DNA from: an uncultured Gammaproteobacteria bacterium
GTDB taxonomy: Bacteria > Pseudomonadota > Gammaproteobacteria > Pseudomonadales > Halieaceae
Reading direction: 5' to 3'
Assembly: GCA_963765545.1 (NCBI GenBank)
Contig: CAVXWW010000004.1
Span: 1,667,923 to 1,731,922, forward strand
Length of the DNA: 64,000 bases
Shown here: in pieces, positions 61,049 through 64,000 of the stretch
Layout: every line of letters starts with the position of its first letter
Position numbering within the stretch: the stretch's first letter is position 1
The notes under the pieces: generated by a model
What the model was told of the DNA's origin: nothing
What the model saw: the letters and a program-made list of their open reading frames with translations, nothing else
Databases searched by the model: none
Program-made: the position numbers and the translations under genes

Positions 61049-62104
61049 TCACTGCCCTGCCGACCCGTCAGCCAGGCTGACGCTGATAGTCAATGACTCT
61101 TCATTGCGCTTAAGCTCAAATACCGCCTCGGTGGCGGTGCGCATGGTCTGGTAAAGCTGCAGCGTATTCGCCGGGTCGTTCAACGCGATACCGTTCACTC
61201 CGGTCACCAGGTCACCCGGCTTGAAGCCCAATTGCTGGAACTGTTCCTTTTCCTTGCCTGGCGCAATGCGATAGCCCGTCAGTTCACCGTTCTCACGCAC
61301 CGCACTGATATTCACCACCTCTGCCAGTGACTGGGGGTTCTGGTAAAGGCGATCGCGATAAGCCTGTGCAAGCTCCGAGGCATCCTCTGACACGGCCGCC
61401 TTTGCCGCCGGCGGGCGACTACCGGTCCTTCGTACCTCGCGCCCGGGCGCCTGCAGCGGCAATTGCGCGTCCAGCGGTGAATCCTCGAACAGCTCAAGCA
61501 ACTCGTAGGTACCACCATTATCGAGCACAACCTGTCGGGCCATCACTTTAGCCAGCACTACCCGACCCGGCAGGGGCAGCTTGTCTTCGACCGCATAAAT
61601 TGCCTGCTTCGATTTGTGCTCGATGACGGCGTAGCCCAGGCCGTCCTCGGTCGACGCTACTGCGCCACGCAACTTGAGCGCCAGGCGAGTTTCCCGGGCT
61701 CCCTTCTCTATCCCGTCCCGGGAACTCGCTGCAACCGGCTCCGGCACTGCCGCTTGCTGGGCCGCAGCAACTGCTCCCGCCTCGCCGAACAGGTGCCTGC
61801 TCCTGAGTTGTTCGATATCCACGGGGTCAGAGCCGGCCTGGGTCGATGAAACGGTCACAGCATTGATCACTACAGCATCCGCCGGCATAACCGAATCACC
61901 GCGAGGTAACAGGGCCCAGATCAACTGGGACAAGGCCAACACAGCCCATATTGCAAACAATACCACCAGCACCTGGCGCACGCGCCGCATTCGGGCCGGT
62001 TGGGCGAGGGAGCGAAGCGCGTGCTCAATGGCATCGGTAGCACGCTGTGGCACATCGCTGGTATTACTGAGCCATTTGGCCGGCAAAGGGGCACTCCCGT
62101 TCAT
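61049..62104 (-). CDS. gspC: type II secretion protein C (PDZ-containing)
   Basis: 351 aa. TM helix, HR-like region, and C-terminal PDZ (GYRIAPGKEKEQFQQLGFKPGDLVTGVNG). Confidence 0.85.
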   Translation of the reverse strand: MNGSAPLPAKWLSNTSDVPQRATDAIEHALRSLAQPARMRRVRQVLVVLFAIWAVLALSQLIWALLPRGDSVMPADAVVINAVTVSSTQAGSDPVDIEQLRSRHLFGEAGAVAAAQQAAVPEPVAASSRDGIEKGARETRLALKLRGAVASTEDGLGYAVIEHKSKQAIYAVEDKLPLPGRVVLAKVMARQVVLDNGGTYELLELFEDSPLDAQLPLQAPGREVRRTGSRPPAAKAAVSEDASELAQAYRDRLYQNPQSLAEVVNISAVRENGELTGYRIAPGKEKEQFQQLGFKPGDLVTGVNGIALNDPANTLQLYQTMRTATEAVFELKRNEESLTISVSLADGSAGQ

Positions 62105-62286
62105 CTACCCGACACCAACACACAATGGCCACGGGGGTCTCTGGCACCGATTATAGGGGGCGCGATTGAAAGTTAAAACCGCGCCAGCCGGAAAATCAGC
62201 CGAATCAGGCAGGGCCACCAATTTCCAGATTACACCGTCATTGGACCGGGGTCCGGCGCCAAAGTTCTCCGGCGCCGTGACCGGTT

Positions 62287-63474
62287 TCAGGCGTCCAGCG
62301 ACTGATAGTAATCGGACAGTATCTTCGCCACTTCGGGGCGCGAAAATTCGGGTGGTGGGGCAATACCCTTGCCCAACATTTCCCGCACCGCGGTGCCAGA
62401 CAGCAAGACGAAATCGTCCTTGGTGTGGTCCGGCACATCGCACATCATCACCACCTTGTTCAGCTTCTTGCTGTAGGCCGTGTGATCAGCCCGGAATATC
62501 TCCAGCTCCAGGGCGTGTGGCGGCACTTCATCGTCGAAAATCGTCTGGGCGTCAAAGCCACCGTAGTAGTCCCCTACCCCGGCGTGATCACGACCCACTA
62601 TCAGGTGGGTGCAACCACAGTTCTGGCGAAATACCGCGTGCAGCACAGCCTCGCGCGGCCCGGCATACAACATATCAAAACCGTAACCGGTGACCATCAC
62701 ACTGTTGGGCGGGAAATAGATCTCGACCATCTTGCGAATGGAGGCATCCCGCACATCTGCGGGAATATCGCCCGGCTTGAGCTTGCCCAGCAACATGTGG
62801 ATCAGGATGCCGTCCGCATCCAGTTGCTCCATAGCCATGCGGCACAGTTCTTCGTGTGCACGGTGCATAGGGTTACGTGTCTGGAAGGCCACCACCTTCT
62901 CCCAGCCGTGTTCTGCAATCTCGTTGCGAATTTCCACCGCGGTGCGAAAGGTATCCGGAAAGTCGGACTGGAAATAGGAGAAGCTGAGCACCTGTATCGG
63001 CCCGGAAAGTACCGTGTTGCCCAGTCCGGTGAAGGTGGCGACACCGGGGTGCGCCGGATCCACGGTACGGAAGATACGCTCGGCCATGGCGCTGATCTGT
63101 TCATCGCTGACCGTCTCAACGGCTTCGACGTCCATTATGGCAAGCACCGGGTGTCCCTCTACATTGGGGTCACGCAGTGCAATACGACTACCTGCGGTAA
63201 CATCAGTGTCGTTGGTGCGGTTGAGTATCGGCACCGGGAAAAACAGGCCGTCTGCAGTATGCATTTTCTCGGCGACACTCAGGGCATCTGCCAGATTCAT
63301 ATAGCCTGTCAGGGGGTTGAAATAGCCCCCTCCCAGCATCACCGCATTGGCGGCCGCTGCGGAATTCAGCAGCAGGGTAGGGAGAGTTTCAGCTTCTGCA
63401 ATCAGCGCATGGCGCTGCTCGGTATCGTAAACAAATAGCGGGTTAAGTTCATCAGAACCGTGGGGCTTGATCAT
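62287..63474 (-). CDS. sat: sulfate adenylyltransferase (homo-oligomeric ATP sulfurylase type)
   Basis: 395 aa. QTRNPMHRAHEEL and VGRDHAGVG motifs. Confidence 0.93.
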   Translation of the reverse strand: MIKPHGSDELNPLFVYDTEQRHALIAEAETLPTLLLNSAAAANAVMLGGGYFNPLTGYMNLADALSVAEKMHTADGLFFPVPILNRTNDTDVTAGSRIALRDPNVEGHPVLAIMDVEAVETVSDEQISAMAERIFRTVDPAHPGVATFTGLGNTVLSGPIQVLSFSYFQSDFPDTFRTAVEIRNEIAEHGWEKVVAFQTRNPMHRAHEELCRMAMEQLDADGILIHMLLGKLKPGDIPADVRDASIRKMVEIYFPPNSVMVTGYGFDMLYAGPREAVLHAVFRQNCGCTHLIVGRDHAGVGDYYGGFDAQTIFDDEVPPHALELEIFRADHTAYSKKLNKVVMMCDVPDHTKDDFVLLSGTAVREMLGKGIAPPPEFSRPEVAKILSDYYQSLDA

Positions 63475-63491
63475 CGGGGGGCTCCTGCCTG

Positions 63492-64000
63492 TTATGCTGG
63501 GATGATGCCGCGCTGGCGCAGCACACTGAGAATCTGTTCCACTTCCTCGGCCAGGCTCTGCTGGTCGGAGTGAAGGTGGATCTCGGGGCTCGGTGGCGCC
63601 TCGTAGGGGTCATCGATGCCGGTAAAATTCTTGATCTCGCCTGCCCTGGCCTTCTTGTACAGGCCCTTGGGGTCCCGGCCCTCGGCCGCCTCAAGCGAGC
63701 AGTCTACAAAGACCTCAATAAAGTCCATATCGGCGGCCTCATGCAGCGCCCTGACCTGGTCCCGGTCAGCGGCATAGGGGCTGATAAAGCTGCTCAGGGC
63801 AATCACACCGGAATCGACAAACAACTTGGCAACCTCGCCAATGCGGCGGATATTCTCGGTTCTGTCTTCCGCACTGAACCCCAGGTTCTTGTTTATCCCC
63901 ATGCGCACATTGTCGCCGTCCAGGCGGTAGGCGAGTACGCCCATTTCACTCAGCATGCCTTCCAGTTCGACCGCAACGGTGCTCTTGCCACTGCCGGAGA
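63492..64000 (-). CDS. cysC: adenylyl-sulfate kinase (5' end beyond the right edge of the window)
   Basis: The reading frame stays open to 64000. The P-loop SGSGKST is read at the window edge. [10 protein letters not shown] and [19 protein letters not shown] motifs. Confidence 0.92.
   Translation of the reverse strand, partial: SGSGKSTVAVELEGMLSEMGVLAYRLDGDNVRMGINKNLGFSAEDRTENIRRIGEVAKLFVDSGVIALSSFISPYAADRDQVRALHEAADMDFIEVFVDCSLEAAEGRDPKGLYKKARAGEIKNFTGIDDPYEAPPSPEIHLHSDQQSLAEEVEQILSVLRQRGIIPA

Overview
The window reads as chromosomal DNA from a GC-rich (about 60% G+C by eye) gammaproteobacterium. No rRNA, tRNA, CRISPR array, transposase or integrase was seen.

Layout:
- 1-11.0 kb (minus strand): a housekeeping block syntenic with the Pseudomonas-type locus accA-tilS-pyrG-kdsA-eno-ftsB-ispD-ispF-truD-pcm-nlpD. 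surE is missing, and a DUF368 membrane protein sits between pcm and nlpD.
- 11-17.6 kb: assorted metabolic genes, namely a methyltransferase, an RluA-family synthase, a rhodanese, DUF2244, a crotonase, a DUF3604 lipoprotein and kbp/ygaU.
- 17.7-23.3 kb: a compositionally deviant patch. The lowest G+C is over 18.4-21.3 kb. It carries two tandem membrane-anchored cyclase-homology paralogs whose catalytic residues are all substituted. One paralog has a 1-nt frameshift. The patch also holds an acidic OprO/P-type porin and a decayed class II glutamine amidotransferase.
- 23.4-33 kb: rimO, an rsmE-like gene, a CBS protein, msrA, a GFA-methyltransferase/LysR divergon, a small-ORF/VWA/membrane J-domain operon, and htpX with a sigma32-type promoter.
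- 33.6-42 kb: a lipid/steroid-type catabolic neighbourhood. It has a 3beta/17beta-HSD-like SDR, a second SDR, two adjacent acyl-CoA dehydrogenases that lack the canonical catalytic Glu, and a ketosteroid isomerase homolog with the full catalytic set.
- 42-50.5 kb: a split YeeE/YedE pair, cls, lrgAB-like genes, an SNF transporter, aminopeptidase P, a serine hydrolase, and a 59-aa rubredoxin that falls below the ORF-track cutoff.
- 50.6-62.1 kb: a complete gspC-N type II secretion operon.
- 62.3-64 kb: sat-cysC.

Most interesting: the degenerate cyclase pair, then the VWA/J-domain operon. Other points worth a second look are the KSI-centred cluster, a 68-nt perfect palindrome that embeds two convergent stop codons, and several gene remnants. 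All calls come from reading the translations and the DNA by eye. No database search was run.
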